Origin: a virus
Direction: 5' to 3' (one strand)
IMG/VR virus record: IMGVR_UViG_3300028888_000141
Span: 75 to 64,074 of that record
DNA length: 64,000 nucleotides
How positions within the stretch are numbered: position 1 is the first letter of the stretch; each line of letters begins with the position of its first letter. Of this stretch, positions 27,655 through 36,748 are shown in pieces. A model generated the notes under the pieces. The model saw nothing but the letters and a program-made list of their open reading frames with translations. It had not been told where the DNA came from and did no database searches. A program made the position numbers and the translations under genes.

Positions 27655-29037
27655 TTAAAGTGCATTTCTTCCTTCAGCAATACCAAATCTAACATAATGC
27701 TGGTAATATTCGAAGTTATCATCACCAAAGGCATCTCTAAGATCCGAATATCTTTCCTTATATGCCTTAGCATTGAAGTTAGAAGATCCCTGCCGAAGTT
27801 CGTTCATTCCGAAATTACAAAAATGATCCCAGAGAGCAGCATCGCTCGCTCCATAAGGTGAAGCAGCTACATCAGGATTATTCTCCCTATAATACTGTGG
27901 GTTAAATACAGGTGCAAAGTCAAGTCCATTAATAAAATATCCATTGCTAGGGGCAGGAGTAGGTGCCGGAGCAGGACCAGATGCAAGTAACATGTTAACA
28001 GTATCACATACTGCACCCATGCTATTATATAAGAAATTACCAGGACATGCTTTTCTTGCAAACCATCTGTGAGCTGCTACGTTCTGCTTATCAGTTCCTG
28101 CCAAGAATTTATTCGCTGACCAATTAAGTCTTGGAATACCGTTTCTCTTGCAAATATCAGTCATCAGAAGTACAAGACTATTAATAGCAGCAGCGGACAT
28201 GGGCCAGTCACCACCAAAAGCGCAGTTAGCAACTTCGATAGTAATTGATTCGTGGTCCATCATTGCCCCAGTAAGACCATTAACATTCAGGTCTCCTCCA
28301 GTAGTCCATGCACGGCAATCCTCGGGAACATTCTGGATGATGACACCAGCACTGTCTATAATGTAATGCGATGATGCTTGTCTTGCCGGATTCTGAAATG
28401 ACCTAGCTGTAGCTTCAGCCGATGAATTACCTGCTGTACAGTGAGGAATTATAGTAAATTCACTCGGTTTCTTTTTTGTCTGTCTTGGATATGTACAATT
28501 GTCCGTCCACATTGCTTTAAGAGCCAACGGTGAGTCTGGTTTACGATTAGGATCTACGTGATAACTCATATTACCTCCATCAAATTGTGTTAAATTATAT
28601 GTATTAACTACACGCATGCAGTTCTCAACATAATTAGGACCTGTTGCGTAGCTTGCATCTTTTAAAGCTTGCAAATATTCTTCAGGTGTAGTTGCAGATT
28701 TTGCTGCTTTGTAACTGCCGCTGTTGATAAACTGAAAATATCCCTCAACACCAGTATTCATGTCGGGAAAGGCATACCAGTCAGTAACTATAGGATAACG
28801 CACACCATCTTTATACTCAAAAGATGTTGATGTGAATTTTCCGGAATTACAAGTAACGCGATTCCCCTTATACTTAAGGCCAAAATAGTTATTATACTTT
28901 GCCTTATCTGACGTGCCATATCCAGATTCATGACAAGCCTGTGCTATGATTGCGGACACAACACCAAAGTTAAATTCCTTTTGCCATGCTGTTATATATG
29001 GCTGAATTGAAAATATAAAGTCCTCTTGTAATCCCAT
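27655..29037 (-). CDS. Endolysin: glucosaminidase + Amidase_2 + C-terminal wall-binding repeats
   Basis: AQACHESGYG, NNYFGLK, YAT; HCTA, ASSHY, RAWT, SITIE, AHRWF..KACPG; PAPAPTPAP linker; FN..YY..N/Y.D repeats. Confidence 0.85.
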   Translation of the reverse strand: MGLQEDFIFSIQPYITAWQKEFNFGVVSAIIAQACHESGYGTSDKAKYNNYFGLKYKGNRVTCNSGKFTSTSFEYKDGVRYPIVTDWYAFPDMNTGVEGYFQFINSGSYKAAKSATTPEEYLQALKDASYATGPNYVENCMRVVNTYNLTQFDGGNMSYHVDPNRKPDSPLALKAMWTDNCTYPRQTKKKPSEFTIIPHCTAGNSSAEATARSFQNPARQASSHYIIDSAGVIIQNVPEDCRAWTTGGDLNVNGLTGAMMDHESITIEVANCAFGGDWPMSAAAINSLVLLMTDICKRNGIPRLNWSANKFLAGTDKQNVAAHRWFARKACPGNFLYNSMGAVCDTVNMLLASGPAPAPTPAPSNGYFINGLDFAPVFNPQYYRENNPDVAASPYGASDAALWDHFCNFGMNELRQGSSNFNAKAYKERYSDLRDAFGDDNFEYYQHYVRFGIAEGRNAL

Positions 29038-29052
29038 TTTATCCCCTTTACT

Positions 29053-29373
29053 TTAGTGCAAACCGAATTTACTTGCCAAATATCCGATAATCAGCGAAAT
29101 GACCGCAGTCATTATATATCTTGATACTGCACGCCAAGTATCACCATCCCGGTCTTCTAAAACTTTAAGACGCTCGCCCTGTTCTTTCTGTTCAGTAACC
29201 ATATGGTCCATACTAAGAGCAAGCTTCTCAACAGATGTAGCCAGTTTGGTTATTTCACAAACGTGGTCCTCTATTATCTCGATTCGCTTGTTCTGTCTTT
29301 TATGTTCTTCATCAATCCGCTTAGCAAATTCCTCGTGGACTGATACTAACAGATAGTCGTTATCTTCGGACAT
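29053..29373 (-). CDS. Coiled-coil + C-terminal TM protein (lysis-associated)
   Basis: 106 aa immediately upstream of the endolysin. Confidence 0.6.
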   Translation of the reverse strand: MSEDNDYLLVSVHEEFAKRIDEEHKRQNKRIEIIEDHVCEITKLATSVEKLALSMDHMVTEQKEQGERLKVLEDRDGDTWRAVSRYIMTAVISLIIGYLASKFGLH

Positions 29374-29394
29374 GTTTTTGATCCTCCTGTTTTG

Positions 29395-29805
29395 TTACCA
29401 TAATTTTGTATCTCCAGGTGTTCGTTCATTAAAAGAAATAATTGGTAGTAGAGATTCATCGCCATAATGAATGGCTTGATGTGTATTGAAGCTAACACAT
29501 ATAAGATTTTCTGGATCGAACAAGGCCGGACTTCTGTCCAAAATATCATCCTCAGTTATTGGGTTGATATGATGGACATAGATCCGGTCATTTATCTCAA
29601 ACCCTTCAACACCTAAATCGCATCCCTTATCGCGGATGATGACGTTGTTACGTGCTTGACGCCATTCAGAAGATCTATAATATGCCTGATTTAAATATCG
29701 GTGACCGCCAAAGGTTTCTTCAGCGACGATCCCTGACTGCTTCAAGTATCGATAACGCTCTTGGAAGGTGGGAAAGGTTATGAGTTCAGAATAAGAAAGA
29801 ATCAA
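29395..29805 (-). CDS. HNH endonuclease
   Basis: W..ARN.VIIRD.GCD, VHHINP, NLICVS..THQAIH. Confidence 0.8.
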   Translation of the reverse strand: MILSYSELITFPTFQERYRYLKQSGIVAEETFGGHRYLNQAYYRSSEWRQARNNVIIRDKGCDLGVEGFEINDRIYVHHINPITEDDILDRSPALFDPENLICVSFNTHQAIHYGDESLLPIISFNERTPGDTKLW

Positions 29806-29808
29806 ATA

Positions 29809-30225
29809 TCAATCTTTCTCAAGCTTCTGAATACACTCCATTAAATCTCTACGCTCTTTTTCGCTTGTTGCGTTGTTCATCATACGTTCAAGTTTTTCAA
29901 TCATTTCTTCTTTTTCGCTATGTCTGCTATAGTTACGACCTCTATTATAACTCATATCGTCATAACCATTATATGATCCATCATAGGAATCTCTGTACAC
30001 ATCCGGATAACGAGTCATTCTTCTTGTAGAATATCCACGATTTTCCATAGAATACATGTCATCTTCCTGGCCGTATTCCTTCATTGCACAAATCGTCTCT
30101 ATGTCTTTTAAAATATCAACGGCATCACCAACTGCCTTTATCTCGGTAGGAGTGATCTCGCCTTTTGCTGTTACTTTATCGATCTCTCTTTCGAGAACCG
30201 ACTTGAGATTGTCTAAACTTTTCAT
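29809..30225 (-). CDS. Conserved clostridial/phage hypothetical protein (YSRH)
   Basis: 138 aa, Tyr/Arg-rich linker. Confidence 0.7.
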   Translation of the reverse strand: MKSLDNLKSVLEREIDKVTAKGEITPTEIKAVGDAVDILKDIETICAMKEYGQEDDMYSMENRGYSTRRMTRYPDVYRDSYDGSYNGYDDMSYNRGRNYSRHSEKEEMIEKLERMMNNATSEKERRDLMECIQKLEKD

Positions 30226-30238
30226 CTCTCACTCCTCC

Positions 30239-30694
30239 TTATGCTATTCTGTCTATGGTAATTGACGCATTACGTCTAATTCCGATAGACGGTGTAGGTG
30301 TAGTGGTCGGATCATCTTCCGTTCCATCTGCATAAACTGCTGAAACAGATACACAGCATCCACAAGGAACTGTGATTGTTGCATCAGTATTGATGAACCA
30401 ATAATCTTCAGCAGCTGCAGGAGTAACAATAGCAATGCTTTCAGGAATTACTGATCCGTTTACAGTTATACCTATAGCAATAGGAGTAACGTCTCCACCT
30501 TCAGGAATCTGAACATTAGCCTTAACATTTACCCTATATCTGGCAAATCTGTTAGGTGTATTACCCTTCAGATTAAGAACCCCGGCTGCAAGAGGAACAA
30601 CGTTACCGGTATTGCAGGGGATAGAAACAGTGCTGAATGGAATAGTTCCATTGAGAGCAACTGTTACGTCGCTCGCTGTTAAATATTCTGCCAT
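30239..30694 (-). CDS. Beta-rich conserved hypothetical protein (BclA-C/TNF-like fold suspected)
   Basis: MAEY..ARY.V...ANVQIP..VPCGCC..NASITIDRIA; GGAGG SD. Confidence 0.55.
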   Translation of the reverse strand: MAEYLTASDVTVALNGTIPFSTVSIPCNTGNVVPLAAGVLNLKGNTPNRFARYRVNVKANVQIPEGGDVTPIAIGITVNGSVIPESIAIVTPAAAEDYWFINTDATITVPCGCCVSVSAVYADGTEDDPTTTPTPSIGIRRNASITIDRIA

Positions 30695-30709
30695 GGTCAA
30701 CACCTCCGA

Positions 30710-31420
30710 TTAGTTAAAGAATGCGTTACCGTTGCATCCGCAGCTGTTATTATTCGGACAAGTGAAAATGGGCTGCTCTCCGTATACGGGAACGGTTCCT
30801 ACAGGGCACTGATTCAGACGATTGTAAATATCATTTACGATAGTTGCATTCTGCTGGACCTGAGATGCCTGTCCTCTTGCGTAAAGGATCTCCTGACGAA
30901 GCTGAGAAATCTCGTCGTTCTTAGCATCGATCTTATCCTGGCAAAGCTGATCCTTGATAGACTGAATACCACCATTAATGGCATTGAGAATACCCTGAGT
31001 ATTCTGAGTGTCATTTGCGCGGGTGGCACATGCTTCACTTGCAATGGTAGCGCCAAGATTAGCGGTAGCAAGTCTGTTCTCACAGCAGCAATTAGCAAGC
31101 TGACTTGAAATATCAAAAGTCTGCTGCATATTTGCAACCTGAAGATTGGAGACATTATCACGTATGGAGTTAATGCCATCATTGATCATCTGATCTCTGA
31201 AACCACCATTAACCTGGTTAGCCTGATTCATCCAAGGATAGATTTCGCCTGATCCGACGCCGAAGCCACCCCATCCATTATTGCCCATAAGAGCAAACAG
31301 GAAAAGGATAACCCACCAGCCATCGCCGCATCCAAATCCGCCGTAACCACCGTTACCGCCATACATGGGTGATACGGGCATTACCATGCCATTTCCGGCA
31401 CCATTTTCAGTAAGAGACAT
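30710..31420 (-). CDS. Gly-rich TM + coiled-coil protein with a CCCEN motif
   Basis: GDGWWVILFLFALMG, LANCCCENRL, CQDKID, Cys-rich tail. Confidence 0.75.
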   Translation of the reverse strand: MSLTENGAGNGMVMPVSPMYGGNGGYGGFGCGDGWWVILFLFALMGNNGWGGFGVGSGEIYPWMNQANQVNGGFRDQMINDGINSIRDNVSNLQVANMQQTFDISSQLANCCCENRLATANLGATIASEACATRANDTQNTQGILNAINGGIQSIKDQLCQDKIDAKNDEISQLRQEILYARGQASQVQQNATIVNDIYNRLNQCPVGTVPVYGEQPIFTCPNNNSCGCNGNAFFN

Positions 31421-31542
31421 ATTATGTCCTCCTTTGTAAAAAATATAAATTAATGGGTTACATATACTTTAAAAGCCTTTATGCGCAATCAGACTTTCAA
31501 GTATTAAAGTTATATGTCTCCTTTACTTTTAAGAAATATCAA

Positions 31543-31766
31543 TCATCTTCCCGTGTAGTCACGGAGTTTGTAATAGCGTGCGGTGAATCCCGCAACTCCG
31601 ATAAGAGCCTGTAACTGTAAATTATCACCTTTTTTAATCGGCAATCCCGATGTAGATGTCATTCCCACAGATGAGCCAACAGTGTATTGACTACCATTAA
31701 TTGAAACGGCACAGGGACTGCAAGCCCTCCAATGACTTTACCATTAATTGCTAATAAGTCTGACAT
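31543..31766 (-). pseudogene. Frameshifted remnant of a tail-fibre-like gene
   Basis: AGGAGG + MSDLLAINGKVIGGLAVP is out of frame with ..AVSINGSQYTVGSSVGMTSTSGLPIKKGDNLQLQALIGVAGFTARYYKLRDYTGR*. Confidence 0.5.
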
Positions 31767-31805
31767 AATCAAGACCTCCTGTTTAAATCAGTTGATTGCA
31801 ACTTA

Positions 31806-32582
31806 TCAAATATAGAATATGTCAACTGTTGCTGAATTTATTGTGATACTTGAACTGTTAAAGTTTCTTACCATGAGATTTCCACTACTAATGTATGGAA
31901 TCATGTCGCTATCAATGCCGCTTATAACATTGAACCCAACTAACCTTGAACCCGTGGGGAGCGTTGAGGTCAAACTACCAACATTTTTTTTGGTATTTCC
32001 GTTTACTGTAACGCTGGTGAATGTGACCTCTGTGTGCTTAACAATCGCATTCCTAAAATCGGCGGGCACAGCGACTTGCTTGGCTTTGATGATGTAGTTG
32101 ACACCTACTGACTTGACTTCGGTGGTAGCTCCTTTGCGCCCTGACATAGACTGAGTATCCACCATCTTTACGTTCCAACCATTTCCCTGCACCGTGATTA
32201 AACCAGGCTCTGCTATTGCCTGATACTCGTGACTATGTTCCTGCACCCTATCATCCAAGAACTCACCGACAGCAAGACCATCTGCATCTAAGTGAGCACC
32301 AACTGTCTTACCTGTAAGTCCTGCACCTTTTGGTACACTCTCTCTCAAATCAGGTATATTAAAAGTTGTACTACCATCACCTGTACCAAACGCAATTCCA
32401 ATAACAGCAAACAATTCTGCATAAGTTGTACGACTTACCGCTTGTCCATCACAAAGCAAATATCCGCTTGGGATAACTGAACCACCAAACGGCACAATAG
32501 AACCTACCGCCATATCTGCATATAATGTTCCACCTGCGACTCTTGAAAGAGAGCCGTCTGAATTAACTTTATTTACACTCAT
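31806..32582 (-). CDS. Tail collar domain protein
   Basis: VGSIVPFGG..IPSGYLLCDGQAVSRTTYAELFAVIG..FG.GDGSTTFNIPDLR; VNYIIKA. Confidence 0.85.
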   Translation of the reverse strand: MSVNKVNSDGSLSRVAGGTLYADMAVGSIVPFGGSVIPSGYLLCDGQAVSRTTYAELFAVIGIAFGTGDGSTTFNIPDLRESVPKGAGLTGKTVGAHLDADGLAVGEFLDDRVQEHSHEYQAIAEPGLITVQGNGWNVKMVDTQSMSGRKGATTEVKSVGVNYIIKAKQVAVPADFRNAIVKHTEVTFTSVTVNGNTKKNVGSLTSTLPTGSRLVGFNVISGIDSDMIPYISSGNLMVRNFNSSSITINSATVDIFYI

Positions 32583-32601
32583 CTTTTAGCCCTCCTTTGT
32601 A

Positions 32602-34479
32602 TCATCCTATCTTTATAAGAACTAAATTAACTGTCACAGGATTATTTGCGTTTGTAATAGTACATAAATAACTCATTGATGCTGTACCCTCTGTATCTTT
32701 GGCGTAAACTTCTGATGATGCTACATTCATAATATCACTATGTCCAGAAGTAAAAGCTATATCAATCAGAGTTGATATTGTGCAAATGGTTGGTAGGTTA
32801 TATGCAGACGGTGTTGCTTTTACTCCAATTAAGTATTTACCCTTTGGAATACTAGTATTAAAATTAAATACCTTTTTTGTCCATGACGTTTCAGATACAA
32901 CTACATCAGCCGAAACATATCTCTGACCTAATAAAGAATAGTTGAACTCATCATCATCCGTGATGTTGACCTGCCCATACGACTGCTTATCTGCTAAATT
33001 AAGAGCATCCCATTCAGCCTGTGCACCAGTAAATATCCGTTGCGCAGGGACAAGGCTTACTTCGTTATTTGTAACGGTGAAGTCGTCTGCATCAAATGTA
33101 TTTGAAGAGATCTGCAGATTGACATTTTTATTAGCATCGGCAGGAACATTTGTTCCGTTGACGCTAATAGTAGAAATGTCATTGACTTCTGCTCCCTGGT
33201 CAATACCGGCAAGTTTTGTCTTTTCAGCGGTCGTATAGTCCTCTGTTGACAAACCTTTACCGGTAACCTTATCAACCTTATCTGCAAGCAGACCGTTGGT
33301 TTCGGTTTTGGTGTAATAGTTTGTAAGATCTACTTCAGTGCTACCGATATGCTCCCACCCGGATGTTGTTCCATCGAGATTAATATACTCGTCATACACA
33401 TCCTGTGTTCCTGCTGTACTCTTAGGAACCAGATAAATGGTGGTAGTTGAAATATCAGTTGTAGGAAGTGCCAGAACCACCTCTATATGAAGTGTGGTTA
33501 TAGCGGCAATAAGAGTATTAACCTCAGACTGGGTATATGTGTCGGTTTTAAGATAGTAGTTTGCAAGATTATTGGCCGTATTTGTTATGAATCCGCTATC
33601 GTTATTTAAATCAGAAGTATTGACTGGTATAGTTAATGCAATATTCTTATTAGAATCGGCAGGAACATTTACTCCGTTAACCGAGATAGTTGAAATATCA
33701 TTAACTTCAGCACCCTGATCAATACCGTCCAGTTTCAGCTTATCAGCATTACTGAAATTGTTATCGGATAATACCTTACCAGCAACCTTATCAACCTTAT
33801 TACCTAATGCTTCTGTGATGACTTTATTCTGAACAGCATTAGTGCTGCTTGAACTCATCTCATCATCAATAGTAATAGGCTGAGCGTTTGCAGAAAGAAT
33901 ATGAGTTTCCGGATCAAGAGTAAGATTCGATCCTATTCCATAAACATCAGCAAGATTTGTGAGCTTGTCTTTCTGTGCATTGGTGAAGTTATTGTCCGAT
34001 AATCCTTTACCAGCAACTTTATCGACTTTTCCAGAAAGAGCGGCATCAAGCCCGTCAATCACACCCTTATAGCCATCTGAAAAGTTGTTGTCAGTGTGGG
34101 TATAGTCAGGATCTGAAATATAAATACTCAAATCAGGCTGATCAGACAAATCGTCATAAGACCCACTGGTGGCAACCTCTGCAAGATCAGGCTTGTTTTT
34201 TATATAATCATCAGCGGAGGGATCAGTTTCTTCCCAATCGCTCTGCACGGCTGATCCTTCATTAGGAACTAAAATTGGTGTTCTATTCCCATCAACCGTC
34301 ACACCGGCTACTTCACGTCCGGAAGTAACAACCTGATCGACCGATACATTAGAACCGCCCTGTCCACCGCCATCCTTACCTATATCGACACCGGCTTCAC
34401 GGACACTAAACGATTCATTCTGGGACCATTTACTGGTCTGCTCCTTTTTGGAGTCATATACTTCTATTCTTCCAGACAT
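32602..34479 (-). CDS. Fibre-like virion protein with internal repeats
   Basis: KVDKV.GK.LS three times and GIDQGAEVNDISTISVNG.NVPAD.NKN twice. Confidence 0.75.
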   Translation of the reverse strand: MSGRIEVYDSKKEQTSKWSQNESFSVREAGVDIGKDGGGQGGSNVSVDQVVTSGREVAGVTVDGNRTPILVPNEGSAVQSDWEETDPSADDYIKNKPDLAEVATSGSYDDLSDQPDLSIYISDPDYTHTDNNFSDGYKGVIDGLDAALSGKVDKVAGKGLSDNNFTNAQKDKLTNLADVYGIGSNLTLDPETHILSANAQPITIDDEMSSSSTNAVQNKVITEALGNKVDKVAGKVLSDNNFSNADKLKLDGIDQGAEVNDISTISVNGVNVPADSNKNIALTIPVNTSDLNNDSGFITNTANNLANYYLKTDTYTQSEVNTLIAAITTLHIEVVLALPTTDISTTTIYLVPKSTAGTQDVYDEYINLDGTTSGWEHIGSTEVDLTNYYTKTETNGLLADKVDKVTGKGLSTEDYTTAEKTKLAGIDQGAEVNDISTISVNGTNVPADANKNVNLQISSNTFDADDFTVTNNEVSLVPAQRIFTGAQAEWDALNLADKQSYGQVNITDDDEFNYSLLGQRYVSADVVVSETSWTKKVFNFNTSIPKGKYLIGVKATPSAYNLPTICTISTLIDIAFTSGHSDIMNVASSEVYAKDTEGTASMSYLCTITNANNPVTVNLVLIKIG

Positions 34480-34491
34480 GATAAGTCCTCC

Positions 34492-34722
34492 TTATAATGC
34501 TTCAATTTTGGCCTTAAAGTCGTCGAAATCAGAGCTATCGGCAACTAATCCCTTGAGAAAAGTAACGACCGATCCGGCAGTAGGAAGACTTGCCTTACCT
34601 TCTGCTATAACCGTTGTTGCTTCTCTATATGCTGCGGTACCAAGAGTCTTCTCTATGTCAACACCGGCAGCCTTAATGGAAAAACCATCATTCGTTCTAT
34701 TTGTTTCAATTCGATTAGACAT
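34492..34722 (-). CDS. Small protein paralogous to 27416-27625
   Basis: GVDIEK and LKGLVADSSDFDDFKAKIEAL. Confidence 0.65.
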   Translation of the reverse strand: MSNRIETNRTNDGFSIKAAGVDIEKTLGTAAYREATTVIAEGKASLPTAGSVVTFLKGLVADSSDFDDFKAKIEAL

Positions 34723-34734
34723 TCCTGATCCTCC

Positions 34735-34968
34735 TTAATTTAATCGTATACCCATGGATTGTGCCATCTGTGTAATCTTGTTAAGCTGAGGCTGACTCAT
34801 CTGTCCATTATTCAGCATATATTGAACGGCTCCACGAGGATCATTTTGAAATTGCTGAGGGATCGTAATCCCCCTTTTCTGCATAATAAACTGCAGAGGA
34901 TTCTGCATAAACGTAGAGTACTGATTCTGTATAGAATTTTGCTGCATGGACTGATACAAACTATTCAT
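34735..34968 (-). CDS. Small Gln/Met-rich protein
   Basis: MNSLYQ..NPLQF..DP..AVQYMLNNGQMSQ.QLN; start moved to the internal Met. Confidence 0.6.
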   Translation of the reverse strand: MNSLYQSMQQNSIQNQYSTFMQNPLQFIMQKRGITIPQQFQNDPRGAVQYMLNNGQMSQPQLNKITQMAQSMGIRLN

Positions 34969-35359
34969 TACTCTTGTCCTCTCTACGATTCTTATTATTG
35001 TTATTGTTATAATGAGATCTATTAAGTTCAGAAATACGTCTCTCAAATTCTTCTCTTGTAACATATTCGGGCGCATTCTGCTGGCTCATCTGATTATTTT
35101 GAGGAGAATCTGTAATTTCCTGATAAGCAAATTTTCTTAACTGAGGCATTCCACTAGCATCTGTGGTTTTGATATAGAATATGTTATCTTCAGAGTCCAT
35201 AAGAATGGTGTTGCAGTTAACACCCTGCGGAAATGCCTTACCACCGGCTTCTCCCTGTACCCATATAATATTAGACTGATTTTGCTGAATCTGTGGCTGA
35301 ATAGGATTCTGAGCCCAATAAGGAGCGTTTGGTGTAAAGAAATTATTATTGTATGCCAT
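34961..35359 (-). CDS. Conserved clostridial/phage hypothetical protein (WVQGEAG)
   Basis: IIWVQGEAGGK..LMDSE..FYIKTTDASGMP..EYVTREEF. Confidence 0.7.
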   Translation of the reverse strand: MAYNNNFFTPNAPYWAQNPIQPQIQQNQSNIIWVQGEAGGKAFPQGVNCNTILMDSEDNIFYIKTTDASGMPQLRKFAYQEITDSPQNNQMSQQNAPEYVTREEFERRISELNRSHYNNNNNKNRREDKSNE

Positions 35360-35740
35360 TTAATTCTCCTTTCTCCAAAAGTAAATAGGTACTTCATCTC
35401 CGCTATCCCAAGAGTCATAGTAATCGCCATTCTCCACAGCAATTACATGACTCCCGGTAGCGAGTAAAAACATCCCATTAGGATAGTCTTTACAAAAATC
35501 TTTTACGGTATAGCAATCAGGACAAGAATTTGGAATGACACCTCGATTAAATCCTTTTGAATACAGATATGATCCCCAAACAGAATTTGAAGTCGGCATG
35601 TCTTTCATTGCAAAGCCACGAACACAAATATCAAGATAAGTTGTATCCCAGTCATTGCCCGTGACTTTCGATATGGCTCTAACAACACAATCGCCTACAA
35701 GTTTTCTGTTCGGATTTGGATTATACTTTATAAAACTCAT
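35360..35740 (-). CDS. Putative papain-fold protein
   Basis: YNPNP..VGDCVVRAI..HVIAV.NG.YYDSWDSG (Cys-His-Asp spacing). Confidence 0.6.
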   Translation of the reverse strand: MSFIKYNPNPNRKLVGDCVVRAISKVTGNDWDTTYLDICVRGFAMKDMPTSNSVWGSYLYSKGFNRGVIPNSCPDCYTVKDFCKDYPNGMFLLATGSHVIAVENGDYYDSWDSGDEVPIYFWRKEN

Positions 35741-35893
35741 ATGTGATCCCTCACTAAAGCTTCTTCGTGCATACGGTCAAGAAGTTCATCGCTAATCGGT
35801 GCCATTTCTTTTTCACAGAATGGGCAGGTATGCAAATTATATTTAGTAAATATCACGTCACGAGCTTTAATTTTATGGCCGCAGCTTGAGCAT

Positions 35894-36496
35894 TCAATGC
35901 CTGCGCCTAAAGGTGTCCCTACGTATCTCCATAGAGGAAGGATTCTTGTCGATAATTTCTGCTGCGGATTCTTCAACGGTGACTTCTTCTGCTGGAGTGT
36001 CCCCTTCCACTTCTCCTTCTGCATTTTCAACTACCTCCGTCTCGACAGGCTCGTTTGGCTGATAATAATCAACTTCAGGAAGCTTTCCATGAGATACCCA
36101 ATCACCATTAGGAATTATGACAACCCCAGAAGGATTTACAGTAACAACTTCGCCGTCGCCAACAAATATCCCAAAAAGTTCTTTATTAAATACGATTTCT
36201 CCAGGAACAATTGTTGAGAAGTCTTTGGAAATATCATCGCAAAGAGCTGCTACTTCTCCGATGTTACGGCAGTTATAACCTGATACGGATGCAAGCAAAC
36301 CGAACTCATCAAATGCTCTGGTATCCTCTGAAGCTTCAAATATCAACTGAGTTCTTTTGGCGTTATACATATCGCTACTAGAGAAACGCATTTTATTCTG
36401 TTGGGTAAGCTTAGTGCCACCTCCACCCTTAACATAGAGGGTCTTTTCAGAAGCGATTGATCTGGCCTTATTGCAAATATCATTAGATGTCAGCAT
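35894..36496 (-). CDS. Degenerate NlpC/P60-like protein with an acidic tail
   Basis: TLYV.G, AFDEFGL (for FDC.GL), LFGIFVGDG (for H.GIY.GDG), W..HGKLP.VDY. Confidence 0.55.
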   Translation of the reverse strand: MLTSNDICNKARSIASEKTLYVKGGGGTKLTQQNKMRFSSSDMYNAKRTQLIFEASEDTRAFDEFGLLASVSGYNCRNIGEVAALCDDISKDFSTIVPGEIVFNKELFGIFVGDGEVVTVNPSGVVIIPNGDWVSHGKLPEVDYYQPNEPVETEVVENAEGEVEGDTPAEEVTVEESAAEIIDKNPSSMEIRRDTFRRRH

Positions 36497-36731
36497 CTTC
36501 TGTTTCTACCTCCTCATTGAGTTTATCTTCAAGAACTTTGAGAGACTTGTATTTTGTGGTGCTAATTCCAAGAAGAATACCAAGAAATGCATCAATAGCA
36601 GTTATAGTCCCAACAATCTCTTCTGCATAAGGGAAACCCCAGATATTGGCAAGAGCAAAATACAGAGTTGCTACAGCAGGAAGCAAGATCTGAGCGATCC
36701 ATTTTAAAATATCATAGATTTTGTTTGACAT
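36483..36731 (-). CDS. Holin (Dp-1 type)
   Basis: MSNKIYDILKWIAQILLPA.ATLY..L..IWG.PY.EEIVGTI.AID.FLG.LLGIS. Confidence 0.85.
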   Translation of the reverse strand: MSNKIYDILKWIAQILLPAVATLYFALANIWGFPYAEEIVGTITAIDAFLGILLGISTTKYKSLKVLEDKLNEEVETEDADI

Positions 36732-36748
36732 AATTATTCATCCTTTCT

